Shown: positions 46,973 through 57,682, counted from the stretch's first letter. The stretch: 64,000 bases of DNA from Bdellovibrionota bacterium (GCA_041740355.1 JBGSMD010000038.1:32001-96000); one strand, 5' to 3'. Notes: generated by a model not told the origin, from the letters alone. Program-made: numbers and translations.

Positions 46973-48673
46973 ATGAACAAGATCGAAGAAAAACTACTCG
47001 CTATTGAAAATCGCTTACAAAAGATAGAGCAGAAACTAGAAATAAAGAGTCCCTGCATTTCTCCAGTTCAAGTTATACAACCACAAGTTACCCCGGTAGC
47101 AAACCCAACAGTTTCTCCCATTAATATTAAGTACTCACCAAAAACCGATGCGCCGATAATCAATGTAAATACTACTACTGCTACTTTACCTAAAAATCCC
47201 GATACCAGTTTTTCCGCAACGGAAGTCCTAGGATATAGTGGTGCTATCGCGATGGTCCTAGCAATCGCTTATCTGATTATGCTAAGCGTTGATGCCGGAC
47301 TCTTCACACCAACTAGGCAAATTGGATTTGCATTTATCGCCGGAGCAAGTTTAATTTACTTAGGGCTTAAATATCGTCTGCGAAATGCTTCCTATTTTGC
47401 AATCTTACCTAGCGTGGGGATTATTACTCTGTACCTCGCAGCCTACGGCGCTCATAATTATTATCAAATGATCTCACCAAGCCTCAGCTTGGTATTAATT
47501 ATTCTAATTTCATCATTTGCACTTTTCCTTTGCCATGAATTAAAAGAAGATTCCTATGCTCTTTTTGCAGTAATAGGAACCTATAGTGCACCATTTCTCT
47601 TAAACACCAATGTCATCAATGTTTGGAACGATATCATATACTTTACTGTCTGGAGTGTTGTTTTTGTAATTTTTGCAATTAAGCAACGACGGCGAACGAT
47701 TTACCTAATTGCGCTCTATCTATCATTAGTTGGATTTAATATCATTTGGAATGGACGAGGTGAATATTGGTTAGAAGTCCTATTCTTCCAAACATTTCAA
47801 TTTTTAATTTTCCTAGCTGGAATAATTTACTTTTCAGTAAAACATCAACAGCCACTGAGTGATCGTGATGCATCTGCTCACCTTCCCCCGCTCCTGTTTT
47901 TTTATGCAATTCAATATGCAATTTTGCAAACACATTTTCCGGCTTTAGCACCTTGGATCTCATTAATTTCCGGTATAGTTATATTACTAGCATCCGTGAT
48001 TGCCTCAAAGCTGCTGCTTTATCTTGAAGGAGCAAAAGTTATTATTAATATTTATCTAGCTCTAATTATCTTTCACTCCCTCTATCTCGAACTACTTCCA
48101 AGTGAGCTAGCCCCTTGGCTTGGTCTCGTAATTGTCCCGATAAGTTTTTGTCTACATTTAGTCCTCAAGGAAAAAAGCTCAAGTTTAGGAAAACCAATTA
48201 TCTTTGTGATTGGACTAATTTTTGTAGTCAATATTATAAGAACTATTTTTCAAATTGAGATGCAAAATGTTCTTTTCCCTAAACTATTGTCAGTTCTTTA
48301 TGCTGTACAATTTTATGGAACATACTTTTACCTACACGCTAAAAAACAATCGGGCACTGTCGTAAACTACTTGGTCTACCTTGGACACTTAACTGCGATG
48401 GCGGCAATCGTAACTGTTTTTGAAAACCGGGCAATCGTTAGTATTAGTTGGGGAGCACTTGCCTTAGGCTTCCTGGTATTTTCTTTGCAAACAAAAAATA
48501 AGTTTATTGGTAAAAGTGCCTTACTAATATTTCTAGCATCTGGACTAAAAGTAGTTCTTTACGACCTCTCTGGTGCTACTCCGGTCATTAGAGTTATATG
48601 TCTAATGGTTTTAGCAGCAACGCTTTATGTTGGTGGATTACTTAATAAAAAGATTGAAAGCTTAGAAAGTTAG
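46973..48673 (+). CDS. DUF2339-like multi-TM membrane protein
   Basis: N-terminal coiled coil (IENRLQKIE), Pro-rich linker, many TMs, C-terminal KVVLYDL...RVI motif. Confidence 0.8.
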   Translation: MNKIEEKLLAIENRLQKIEQKLEIKSPCISPVQVIQPQVTPVANPTVSPINIKYSPKTDAPIINVNTTTATLPKNPDTSFSATEVLGYSGAIAMVLAIAYLIMLSVDAGLFTPTRQIGFAFIAGASLIYLGLKYRLRNASYFAILPSVGIITLYLAAYGAHNYYQMISPSLSLVLIILISSFALFLCHELKEDSYALFAVIGTYSAPFLLNTNVINVWNDIIYFTVWSVVFVIFAIKQRRRTIYLIALYLSLVGFNIIWNGRGEYWLEVLFFQTFQFLIFLAGIIYFSVKHQQPLSDRDASAHLPPLLFFYAIQYAILQTHFPALAPWISLISGIVILLASVIASKLLLYLEGAKVIINIYLALIIFHSLYLELLPSELAPWLGLVIVPISFCLHLVLKEKSSSLGKPIIFVIGLIFVVNIIRTIFQIEMQNVLFPKLLSVLYAVQFYGTYFYLHAKKQSGTVVNYLVYLGHLTAMAAIVTVFENRAIVSISWGALALGFLVFSLQTKNKFIGKSALLIFLASGLKVVLYDLSGATPVIRVICLMVLAATLYVGGLLNKKIESLES

Positions 48674-48679
48674 CCTTTA

Positions 48680-48737
48680 GCTATACTAGGGGACAATCAA
48701 AAATGAACGTTTTAAAAATCTAGTCGCCTAGTATAGC
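48680..48737. repeat. palindrome between convergent genes (terminator or MITE-like hairpin)
   Basis: GCTATACTAGG ... CCTAGTATAGC 11-bp arms. Confidence 0.5.
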
Positions 48738-48857
48738 AAGCAGGTAGTGACTCAAGTCACCTAAGGGTAATACTGGGGATAACAAATATACTAAAAACCC
48801 AACAAACATAAAATGCATTCTGCATTTTTTAGAAACAGTAAGATAATTCTTAATGGG

Positions 48858-49163
48858 TTAGTAATTAAGGTCTGGAGTTTTATCAATCTCAAGTCTTAGT
48901 TTTGGCCCAAATTTTAAAAATCGCTTTGACGCTAAGACAGCCCTAACACCAGAAAGCACTTGCTGATATTCCTCGCCAGTTAGATTATGTCTCCCCCCAT
49001 CTTTGACGCAATACTTGTCTTCTGGAATAGAAATTTTCCAAACCCAAAACTTTTGCATCAGAAAAAAACAATACGTACTGGAGCTAATCTTAAAAAGCAA
49101 ATATCGATCCCCACAATCTGACTCAATCCAAAGCTGATCACTAACCTTAGTAGCTACCACCAT
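48858..49163 (-). CDS. hypothetical protein (likely start MVVAT at 49163)
   Basis: The track ORF overlaps the GNAT gene; the ATG at 49163 lies just after the GNAT stop. Confidence 0.5.
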   Translation of the reverse strand: MVVATKVSDQLWIESDCGDRYLLFKISSSTYCFFLMQKFWVWKISIPEDKYCVKDGGRHNLTGEEYQQVLSGVRAVLASKRFLKFGPKLRLEIDKTPDLNY

Positions 49164-49173
49164 AAAAAGACAA

Positions 49174-49665
49174 TTATAAATTTTTATAATAACAAATCTT
49201 ATGATCTCCAACTGCATAATAATCAGGCAAACTTGCTGATTGTAGATATCCCTGCCCTTCATAGAATTTTCTCGTAGGAAAATATAGCTCCCGACTTGAA
49301 GTTTCAATGTTAATTTGTCTTCCACCTAGGATTGATACCGCTGCTTCCACCTCGTGAATTAATATTTTTCCTAGGCCTTTTCGTTGTTGCTTAGGATCAA
49401 CAACCATCCAATACAAATCATAATTATTTTCAGCTTCTTCAATCGGCCCAAAGCAAGAAAAGCCTAATATCTGAGAATTCTCCTTGATCAAATGAAAATT
49501 ATAACAGGTGTCTTCCCCCGCACTGAAATGCTCTTCGCAAAGATTTTGAAGCACCTCAATTTCATGTTCATAAAAAAATCCCGAGCGATTTGCTAGATTT
49601 AGGATTGAAGGCAGATCTTCAAATAATAAAACTCGTTCAATCTGAAAGTCGGAAGCCTTAATCAT
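49174..49665 (-). CDS. GNAT-family N-acetyltransferase
   Basis: YDLYWMVV...QRKGLGK, IETSS and TRKFY..QGY motifs. Confidence 0.88.
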   Translation of the reverse strand: MIKASDFQIERVLLFEDLPSILNLANRSGFFYEHEIEVLQNLCEEHFSAGEDTCYNFHLIKENSQILGFSCFGPIEEAENNYDLYWMVVDPKQQRKGLGKILIHEVEAAVSILGGRQINIETSSRELYFPTRKFYEGQGYLQSASLPDYYAVGDHKICYYKNL

Positions 49666-49674
49666 AGGATAATT

Positions 49675-50643
49675 CTATTTTGCAACTTCAATTATTGAGT
49701 TGATTAACTCAGAATAAGTAATCTGACGAAGGTCAGCAAGACAGGCGAGCCAATCATTGGCATCAATTGAAGGATTACCATTTACTTCTAAAACCCAAGG
49801 TCGACCTTGAGAGTCGACTCTAAAATCAACTCGAGCATAAGAGGATAAATGCAAAACATCCCAACACTTACGGGTAATCTCGGTCATTTCTGCTAAAAGC
49901 AGCGTGTCTTCCTCGGTGAAGTCAAACTTGGCTATAGTATTATTATACTCAAAAGAATCAGGAGCCCATTTCGCGAGCGTGCCTACAATTTTCAATTTTT
50001 CAGGTGGAAAATTTTGAAAAACAGTTTCAGCCGCACCCAGCACTACTATTTCACCATGAAAATTTACTACCGGCAAGGCAAATTCGCGTCCATCAATAAA
50101 TGCCTCGGCCATTAAATTATGATCTTTGGCTAAAAGCTCTCGTAGCTCAGGGCCATCTGAATAAAGTTTCAATTCTTGTTCATTGAGACCAGCAGAACCA
50201 TCGAGATATCGATGCTTTACAATAAATTTTTGAGTAGCAAATTCAGCTTGATTAATATTTTGATACGTAAGCCAGGGAGCAGTTGGTAGATCATTTTTTA
50301 AAAGAATTTCTTTGGCTAGAATTTTGTCAGTAGTTACGGCTAAAGAAACTCCACTACATCCGGTGTACTTAAACCCAAGTGCCGTTAAGTAGGCTGTTGG
50401 CATGTATGACAATTCGAAAACACTGTTAATCTCATCCACTAAATTAAAAACCAGATCGGGTTGATATTCTCGCAGCAGACTAGTTGTTCGACTTAAATCT
50501 TGATAACAAAAAGGAATTAGTTGTCCATCATGACCTAGTTGCTTAATCACAGCATTTACTTGCTCCGCATCAACCAGAATACTTTTTTCTTCGAAGGAAT
50601 TATTAGAATCAGAGAGCTCAGTATGTAAAACAGCAATTCTCAT
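49675..50643 (-). CDS. D-Ala-D-Ala-ligase-like ATP-grasp enzyme 2
   Basis: VFNLVD, YTG, DKILAK, DGSAG, YARVDFR and LEVNGNP motifs. Confidence 0.85.
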   Translation of the reverse strand: MRIAVLHTELSDSNNSFEEKSILVDAEQVNAVIKQLGHDGQLIPFCYQDLSRTTSLLREYQPDLVFNLVDEINSVFELSYMPTAYLTALGFKYTGCSGVSLAVTTDKILAKEILLKNDLPTAPWLTYQNINQAEFATQKFIVKHRYLDGSAGLNEQELKLYSDGPELRELLAKDHNLMAEAFIDGREFALPVVNFHGEIVVLGAAETVFQNFPPEKLKIVGTLAKWAPDSFEYNNTIAKFDFTEEDTLLLAEMTEITRKCWDVLHLSSYARVDFRVDSQGRPWVLEVNGNPSIDANDWLACLADLRQITYSELINSIIEVAK

Positions 50644-50646
50644 TAC

Positions 50647-51693
50647 TTAGTTATTAAGCTCGATGGTTGCTAGAATGGTTTCTTTGGTAGTTAAGTCTGA
50701 GTCTTGTTCCCCATTAAGATTTAAGCGCTGCACAGCAGACTTTACAATCATAGAAATTAATTTCTGGTAATCAATTCCCACAGCTTTAGATAATAAGATA
50801 ATATCTCCATAATCAGGAGTTAATCCGGCAAGCGGATTTAACTCTAGAATGTAGGGTTCACCATTTCCATCACAGCGAATATCAATTCGGCCAGCATCAC
50901 ATCCACCTAAATTTCGCCAGCAGGCGAGAGCAATTTTTTTAATTTTGGCAGCAAGTGGTGTGCCCTCATAGATTTGATAACGAACTCTATTTTCGTAATT
51001 AACTTTATTATCGTAAGAGTAACCACCCTGCTCCGCTTGTTCAGTTAAAATAATTTGGAAAATCCCAATTACTTTAGCGGTATCCCCTGTTCCAATTAAT
51101 CCGACTGTAAATTCTTCCCCTGATAAATAATTCTCTACTAGTACCGGCTGTTTAAATTCTTTTAGTAATCGTGAACAAGTTTTCTTAAGCTGGGTTTTAT
51201 TAGTGATACAGGACTCAGCCGAAACACCCTTACTACTACCCTCAGCTACGGGCTTGGCAAATAATGGAAATGCTAGTGTTAGATTATTAAGATCGACTAA
51301 TTTTTCAACAAGAAAAAAAGGTGCTGTTGGCAACCCATAACTCTGCATTACTCTTTTACTAACAGCTTTATTTAAACTTAGACAAAGAGTAAGTGGATCA
51401 GAAAAAGTGTATGGTATGCGATATGCATCAAGTAGCGCTGGGACTTGAGCTTCACGTCCATAACCATAAAGACCTTCCGAAATATTAAAAACTAAATCCC
51501 ATCGTTGTCCATCAGCAAGTCTTTGCGTAAGCGAACGAATGTGTCCGATTCTTTCCACTTGATGACCGAGATTTTGAAGAGCAACTTCTAATGCAATAAT
51601 TGTCTGCTCCGAATCGAACTCCGCAACTTCCATCTCCCCAAACCCTTCGGCCAGATATTCTTCCTTTAGATCGTAAGTCAAACCAATCAACAT
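50647..51693 (-). CDS. D-Ala-D-Ala-ligase-like ATP-grasp enzyme 1
   Basis: VFNISEG..G.GREAQVP, KPVAEGSSKG, GRIDIR and LELNPLAGL motifs. Confidence 0.88.
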   Translation of the reverse strand: MLIGLTYDLKEEYLAEGFGEMEVAEFDSEQTIIALEVALQNLGHQVERIGHIRSLTQRLADGQRWDLVFNISEGLYGYGREAQVPALLDAYRIPYTFSDPLTLCLSLNKAVSKRVMQSYGLPTAPFFLVEKLVDLNNLTLAFPLFAKPVAEGSSKGVSAESCITNKTQLKKTCSRLLKEFKQPVLVENYLSGEEFTVGLIGTGDTAKVIGIFQIILTEQAEQGGYSYDNKVNYENRVRYQIYEGTPLAAKIKKIALACWRNLGGCDAGRIDIRCDGNGEPYILELNPLAGLTPDYGDIILLSKAVGIDYQKLISMIVKSAVQRLNLNGEQDSDLTTKETILATIELNN

Positions 51694-51703
51694 AAGTTAA
51701 CCT

Positions 51704-52963
51704 CTATAATGGATCAGGGTAATAAAATTTTTCACCCGCAAAATTTTCTAGAACAATATTATCGCCTTCCCGACCTTTTAAATATTGTGGCTGAATTGGA
51801 ATTTTTCCACCACCCCCTGGACCATCGATCACAAAAGTTGGAATTGCATAGCCTGTTGTATGACCCCGCAGCTCTTTCACTATTTGCACCATTTGTTCTA
51901 CCGGAGTTCTAAAATGTGCCGATCCGGCAATTGGATCGCACTGATAAACATAGTAAGGCCTAACACGAATCTTAAGCAATCCATGAAAAAGTTCTTTTAG
52001 AGTTTCAGAATTATCATTAATCCCCTTAAGCAGAACTGTCTGACTTCCGAGCGGAATTCCAGCATCACTTAATCGATTACAAGCTTCTGCTGTTTCCGGA
52101 GTTAGCTCATCGGGATGAGTAAAATGTAAGCTGAGCCAAATTGGTGCATACTTCTTTAACATCTTAACAAGGGCTGGCGTAATTCGCTGAGGCAATACAG
52201 CCGGCACCTTCGTTCCAAGACGAACAAACTCAACATGTTTAATCTTCTTTAAACGAGAAATTAAATATTCCAAATGCTCATCTGCCAGATCAAAGGCATC
52301 GCCTCCAGATATCAACACATCGCGAATACTTGGGGTATTCTCAATGTACTCCAAGGCCTTTTCCCACTGCTGACGATTGAATTTGTATTCTGCAAAATTC
52401 CCAACAGCTCTAGAACGAGTGCAATAACGACAATAAACAGAACAAAAAGCGGTAGATAAAAATAAAACTCGATCTGGATAGCGATGAACTAAGCCAGGGA
52501 CGGGACTATCAGCATCTTCTCCTAAAGGATCTTTTGACTCCCCTGGCCCCATTGTAAATTCATCCACCACTGGTACTACCGTCTTTCTAATTGGCTGCAA
52601 ATGATTGTCCGGGTCTAATAGTGTGGCATAATAAGGTGTGATGCCAAGCGGCAGCGACTGACGATAACGGGTTACTGCTTCTTCCTCAGATGGAGCAAGA
52701 TTAATAATCTGACGAAGTGTTTCAGCTGTTCGATAGCGGCTACGTACCTGCCACTTCCAATCGTTCCATTCCGTAAGCCCTATGTTTGGGAAATTTTTCT
52801 TCATGAACTCGACAGAGCGAGGGCTAGCATTGACATAAATTGACTTGCTTCTTCGCGAGGGAGTTTTTTGAATATAAGTGACAAGTTCGGATGGTTTTGA
52901 TTTGCAAGCAGATTCCGACTCCTCAACTACGGTCAAGGAAGCCTTCGTATTGGTTTTCTTCAT
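51704..52963 (-). CDS. kamA: KamA-family radical SAM/PLP aminomutase (lysine 2,3-aminomutase-like)
   Basis: WNDWKWQ, DPLGED, HRYPDRVL, CSVYCRYC, QTVLLKGIND, PYY and GGGGKIP (PLP lysine); substrate not established. Confidence 0.88.
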   Translation of the reverse strand: MKKTNTKASLTVVEESESACKSKPSELVTYIQKTPSRRSKSIYVNASPRSVEFMKKNFPNIGLTEWNDWKWQVRSRYRTAETLRQIINLAPSEEEAVTRYRQSLPLGITPYYATLLDPDNHLQPIRKTVVPVVDEFTMGPGESKDPLGEDADSPVPGLVHRYPDRVLFLSTAFCSVYCRYCTRSRAVGNFAEYKFNRQQWEKALEYIENTPSIRDVLISGGDAFDLADEHLEYLISRLKKIKHVEFVRLGTKVPAVLPQRITPALVKMLKKYAPIWLSLHFTHPDELTPETAEACNRLSDAGIPLGSQTVLLKGINDNSETLKELFHGLLKIRVRPYYVYQCDPIAGSAHFRTPVEQMVQIVKELRGHTTGYAIPTFVIDGPGGGGKIPIQPQYLKGREGDNIVLENFAGEKFYYPDPL

Positions 52964-52979
52964 AAATTAAAACTTTTAA

Positions 52980-53117
52980 TATAGTAAGTCCAAAAAGTAA
53001 TTTCAGTAGAGAATTACTTTTTGGGGCTTACTCTCCCCCCAGAGGGATAATAAAATCATATAGTTATGACAAAACTAACTTTTTAATATTTCTAAATTAC
53101 TTTTTGTCGTAACTATA
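52980..53117 (+). mobile_element. TA-flanked double-hairpin MITE, directly upstream of the kamA-like start
   Basis: Same arms and linker as 3540-3685. Confidence 0.8.
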
Positions 53118-53172
53118 AACTTAAGATCATTTCCCCTTCTGATTAGACAGGTTGTTAGATACTTATTTAAGT

Positions 53173-53574
53173 TTACTTCGCGTCAAACCAAAGCTCAATG
53201 CCATAATCGAAACATAGCTCCTCCCCAACTCCAATATCTTGCATTGCCACAAATGAAATTGTCTGGCTCTGTTCGTTAGTTACTAATTTGACATTTGGAT
53301 TATCAGAATGGTTATAAAGCTCAGCATAGCCAAAGGCGATGGCGCCTGCGGCTTCGGGTCGATCACTCCAATAGAAATCATAATCAGCAAGTGGAGGGAC
53401 ATACTCAATTAAATGGTCGCGTTCTTTAACTGAAAGCACTCTTGCTGGAGCAACCTCAACTACTTCATCCTTCATGATATAGTCACGAGCAAAGACTCCT
53501 AAACCCTTGCCTGCGGACTGTTTTACGCAAATTTTTACCGGGGGTACTATTTCAAACATTCTTGGATCATTCAT
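53173..53574 (-). CDS. SET-domain protein
   Basis: GKGLGVFA, YNHS..PN and GEELCFDYG motifs. Confidence 0.88.
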   Translation of the reverse strand: MNDPRMFEIVPPVKICVKQSAGKGLGVFARDYIMKDEVVEVAPARVLSVKERDHLIEYVPPLADYDFYWSDRPEAAGAIAFGYAELYNHSDNPNVKLVTNEQSQTISFVAMQDIGVGEELCFDYGIELWFDAK

Positions 53575-53777
53575 CTAAATTTTGCTTATATACCTTTCTA
53601 AATCTTTTTCAAGAGATATTTTACAGATAAGATCAGTTTTATATTGGAAGGAAGCAATGCGGACCTGTAAAAGTTAGTACTAGAAACCTTTTCTCATATG
53701 AGCCAACGACGATACTTAAAAATTCAGACCCAATTTACTTGTTCTAAATAAACTTTAAGTAATAAATTCATTAAATA

Positions 53778-55739
53778 TTAGCTCTTATTTATGACAACTA
53801 GAGTATCTTTCCTTTTGGGAAAAACTGCCAATTTACATAGATATGCTGTGAGCAATAGTCCCAAGAAAAACATTATCGCACTAATTCTTTGAACTAAAGT
53901 TACTCTAAAAGAAATTTTATAATTACCCACATTGGGTGGAATTTGAAACAAGTGGTGCGAGTTCACTGATCGCTTTATATAAATATTATTACGCTCTATT
54001 AAGCGATCCTTAAATGCCAGCTGCCAATTTGGAAAATAGTTTAAAGCAAGCTTATGATAAGTTTGTGAAATTGATCTGATGACATTTATCTCCAAAGAAT
54101 CCACTTGAAAATTAGTCAGCTGTCCCATAAATGGCGGCTGATCAGAAATAATAATTGAGCTTCGCCAGTTAGGGTTCTCATACAAACGCACTTCTCCGAT
54201 TTTTTTAACTAAGTGCAATTCTTTTTGTTCGGAATCGACATTTGTAATCAAATAACGAATATTATAGCGCTGATTAATGTGACTGTTACTAGTTGAGACA
54301 AAATTTCTATAATTTAATGCCACGCGATGCGTATTAAAAATAATTGGCATGCTTAATTGTTGACGAAGCAAAATTGGGATCCGAGGAGTTGTAGCTATAT
54401 CTTTAAGATCAATAAATACCCGAAAAAACCCATCCTTAGCATAACTGTTATTAATTTCGGGAACGAGTGCTTGAAGTTCTTCCACGAAATTGGCATTAGA
54501 TTTATACATTAATTTAGAATGCCGTTTAAATGGACTCTCTGTCCAGAGATGAATAAAAAATGGACTGCATAAAAAAAGTCCGAAACAAATCTTGAGAAGC
54601 AATTGTACTTGCCCAAAAAGTTTCATTTCTGGCTTAAATATGATGATAATCTTAGTAATTTGAAGCAAACCAAAAGCAATTAGAACGTAACGGATTGGGC
54701 CCAGAACAGTTTGAAAACGTTGCAATTCTAATAATTTAAGCTTGTATGCAAAGGATTCTTGTAAAATAAATTTCCAAGTTGCTTCATTCATTAGAAAAAT
54801 CAATGAAAAAAATAAGATTGAAATAGCTAAGATCCTTGATTGCTTTGAGAGAAAGCTCAAAGCCGCAACTAATAGTCCAATAATTCCAAGCGAACTAAAG
54901 ATTGAACCACTGAAGGTAGAGATTGATAACAACTCATTAATTAACTTCGGAAAAGATTTATTACCTGCAGTGACATAAGCAGTATAATCTTGGTAAGCAA
55001 AACTAACTAATGAATATGGTGCGGAAATTAAGATAAAAAGTAAAAAGAGTAACAGCACTTTTTTAAATGTAAAAAAGATCTCTTCCTTACTTTTAACTAA
55101 TAAATCACTTACAAATAAGGCTAGCAAAATTAGCGGAGTGGTAATTATTGCCATGGAATGCGCTAAGCCGCTTAATCCAAAAAAAATTCCAGCAACCCAA
55201 ATGCCAGAAAGGCTATTTTTCGACTCCGCCTTGAAGTATGAAGCTAATCCATTTACCATCAAACCAACTGACAAAAGACAGGGCCAAACACCCGTTCGGA
55301 ACAACATATTCCAACCACCGCTAGGATGACCACCAAACTCAGATAAATATAGTAGCGCCGCGATAAACCCAACCGTGGAACTCCCAACCTGAGTTCCCAA
55401 ACGGTAGATCCCAAAAACCAATAAAGAATAAGTCAGCAAAAGATAGAACCCATACCACTGCTCCATACTAATCAAACCAAATGAAACAAGATGACTTAAG
55501 CTGATTAAGACATCAGCTAAAAATGGATAAGTAAACCCGATCGGCATACCTAAATCTAAATTATTATCCCAGCCCCAGACTGTAAAATTTGGAAGTAGCT
55601 CTGTTCGATAAAACCAAGCTCGATAAAAATGAACCAAATGATCATAAGTATAAGGTAGGTCAAAGGCAAAGTTTTTTTGCAAACAGAGAATCAGCAAGAT
55701 AACGCTGATGATAATTAAATAAAGTTTTGACTTGCTCAT
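53778..55739 (-). CDS. GT-C-like membrane protein (PTPS-related/YfhO-like)
   Basis: YDHLVH...GW....DLGMP...YPFL N-terminal loop, many TMs, C-terminal NYFPNW soluble domain. Confidence 0.72.
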   Translation of the reverse strand: MSKSKLYLIIISVILLILCLQKNFAFDLPYTYDHLVHFYRAWFYRTELLPNFTVWGWDNNLDLGMPIGFTYPFLADVLISLSHLVSFGLISMEQWYGFYLLLTYSLLVFGIYRLGTQVGSSTVGFIAALLYLSEFGGHPSGGWNMLFRTGVWPCLLSVGLMVNGLASYFKAESKNSLSGIWVAGIFFGLSGLAHSMAIITTPLILLALFVSDLLVKSKEEIFFTFKKVLLLFLLFILISAPYSLVSFAYQDYTAYVTAGNKSFPKLINELLSISTFSGSIFSSLGIIGLLVAALSFLSKQSRILAISILFFSLIFLMNEATWKFILQESFAYKLKLLELQRFQTVLGPIRYVLIAFGLLQITKIIIIFKPEMKLFGQVQLLLKICFGLFLCSPFFIHLWTESPFKRHSKLMYKSNANFVEELQALVPEINNSYAKDGFFRVFIDLKDIATTPRIPILLRQQLSMPIIFNTHRVALNYRNFVSTSNSHINQRYNIRYLITNVDSEQKELHLVKKIGEVRLYENPNWRSSIIISDQPPFMGQLTNFQVDSLEINVIRSISQTYHKLALNYFPNWQLAFKDRLIERNNIYIKRSVNSHHLFQIPPNVGNYKISFRVTLVQRISAIMFFLGLLLTAYLCKLAVFPKRKDTLVVINKS

Positions 55740-57682
55740 TGTTTCGCGTTGTTAAGAACCTGATAGATATTAGAACCTAGGGAGCGAAAGCCTTCTGGAC
55801 TAGGTGCCTCTCGCCAATATTGATCCTTGGGCTCATAAAAAATGTAGTCTGGACATACAGGCAATTGACAATTCTTGATCATGATTTTTTTTTGTGCATA
55901 CTGCTCAGCTTTATATGACAAGCCATGAGTCCAAAGAGTTCCAGTATATCCTAAGTATAGCTTTCTTCCTGTTAACGTAATAGTGGAATTGTGTAGTGGC
56001 TTGGCGGCAATAATTGCCTTTGGAGGGGTCAGCTGACGAATCTTCTTTGCAAGATCCAACTGATTACTACTGTAGACCTGTGAATGTTTACCATTGACTG
56101 CAATTAGACCAAGACGATAAATTCCCGGTAAAATTAAAATAATCAAAACTAAATTTAAACGACTACGCGAGGGGATTAACAACTGCCAGCAGACTATGAT
56201 TAGTAAATAAACGGGGATAAATATTTTAATTTGATCATAATTCCAATACGCCAACTTAATCACATTACCAAAGATGAAAAAAATCAGGACAAAGGATAAT
56301 AGTTGCGCCGCGGTGGAAACAATTTGCTGGAGTCCAAATAATACTAAGCCCAAAATAAAGACAAATAATATTAAGTGGCTAGTACTCCCTGAAGTGGACT
56401 GAATGAGCCAAGATGCAAGTAATAACAACAAAGCAAATAATCCTGACTGCCAAGCTTTGCTACGAATAACTAATATTAAATAAATCAGAATAATATTTCC
56501 GGCGTTGACCAGCCAAAAGAAAGTCTTATTCAAGACTGCGCTATTTAAAATATTTAGAAATCCGATTGTTCCAAAATAGGATTTTTCAAGTGTTCCTGTT
56601 TTCCAACCACTGATTACTTTAATCACCGAGGTTTTATCTCCAAGATAAAAGATAAAAATCGTAGAACAGGCAATTATCATGAGTCCAACTAATACCGGAA
56701 ATAAGAACTGGTAATTTTTTCGATAGCGTAGTGCCTGCCCCAGCAAAACCATAACTGTAACGCCACTGGCAATAATCCAGGTATGCGTATGAACTAATGG
56801 CAAACAGAATATTATGAGTATTGAAAAAAATAGTAATTGGCCATTAATCGAAGCTCTAGATGGTAACTTCAAAATAGCTGGCAATGCTGCAATTAAACAA
56901 ATTGCTCCTAACAATGCACTTCGCTGTGGCACCCAAATAGTCTCAAGGAATCCGGTCCAGGGTAAATTAGCATCAATCAACTGACTAGCTAAATGATTTA
57001 GCCGCAAGTATACTCCTCCGCCCAATAAGACTACCCATGGCAAGAATTTATATTTATCTCCTCGCAGGAATCCATAGAGCAAACTCGTATTAAAGATCCA
57101 TTGATAAAGAAAAACGTACTTAAGTGTTAACCATTCAGCATCTATCCACCAGAAAGAAGCAGTCCAAAAATTGATCACTAAGGGGTAGCTTAATTTATGA
57201 CCTGCAAAAATGTGATACTCCGGAGGAAAATTTTCTCCCCAGACAAAGGAAGTAATCATTCCAAAATGATAAGCAAGATCGCCATAATTACTTGGCCAAT
57301 ATGTCCGAATCCCATCATCTAAATCAAAGATGGACACTCCGATGATTAGATTTAAGATGCTATAAATAATAAAATTGATCCCAAATTTTTTGGGACACTT
57401 CATATTTTGATAAACATTCTTAGCAATGAATGGAATTGGCAATAACCAAATTATAACCGTGGCAACAATCCAGCTAGCGCCAAAGTTTTTCAACATTAAA
57501 AGAAATAAATTGCTTACCAACAAGCCGAGTAGAATGTAATATCTAGCTGGTAATATCTTTGGTCTCCGAATTGGCGCAAGACTTATCACCCTATACCCTA
57601 CTCCGTAACAGTAGAATGGATAGAGGACAAATAAAATTATGATGATGAGAATATTCACAAGAAATAATATATTAAAACCCAT
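55736..57682 (-). CDS. GT-C-like multi-TM membrane protein
   Basis: GDLAYH..NFPP..LSYP, PQRS, HTH and LTGR..YLGY.G.LWTHG motifs. Confidence 0.72.
   Translation of the reverse strand: MGFNILFLVNILIIIILFVLYPFYCYGVGYRVISLAPIRRPKILPARYYILLGLLVSNLFLLMLKNFGASWIVATVIIWLLPIPFIAKNVYQNMKCPKKFGINFIIYSILNLIIGVSIFDLDDGIRTYWPSNYGDLAYHFGMITSFVWGENFPPEYHIFAGHKLSYPLVINFWTASFWWIDAEWLTLKYVFLYQWIFNTSLLYGFLRGDKYKFLPWVVLLGGGVYLRLNHLASQLIDANLPWTGFLETIWVPQRSALLGAICLIAALPAILKLPSRASINGQLLFFSILIIFCLPLVHTHTWIIASGVTVMVLLGQALRYRKNYQFLFPVLVGLMIIACSTIFIFYLGDKTSVIKVISGWKTGTLEKSYFGTIGFLNILNSAVLNKTFFWLVNAGNIILIYLILVIRSKAWQSGLFALLLLLASWLIQSTSGSTSHLILFVFILGLVLFGLQQIVSTAAQLLSFVLIFFIFGNVIKLAYWNYDQIKIFIPVYLLIIVCWQLLIPSRSRLNLVLIILILPGIYRLGLIAVNGKHSQVYSSNQLDLAKKIRQLTPPKAIIAAKPLHNSTITLTGRKLYLGYTGTLWTHGLSYKAEQYAQKKIMIKNCQLPVCPDYIFYEPKDQYWREAPSPEGFRSLGSNIYQVLNNAKQ

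Noticed and set aside
49164-49325. N-terminal extension of the 48858-49325 ORF
   Set aside because: Overlaps the GNAT gene in another frame; a start at 49163 is more plausible.
49675-51693. Calling the ATP-grasp pair ddl or van resistance ligases
   Set aside because: They lack the canonical GG.S.E N-terminus and any cell-wall or van gene context.
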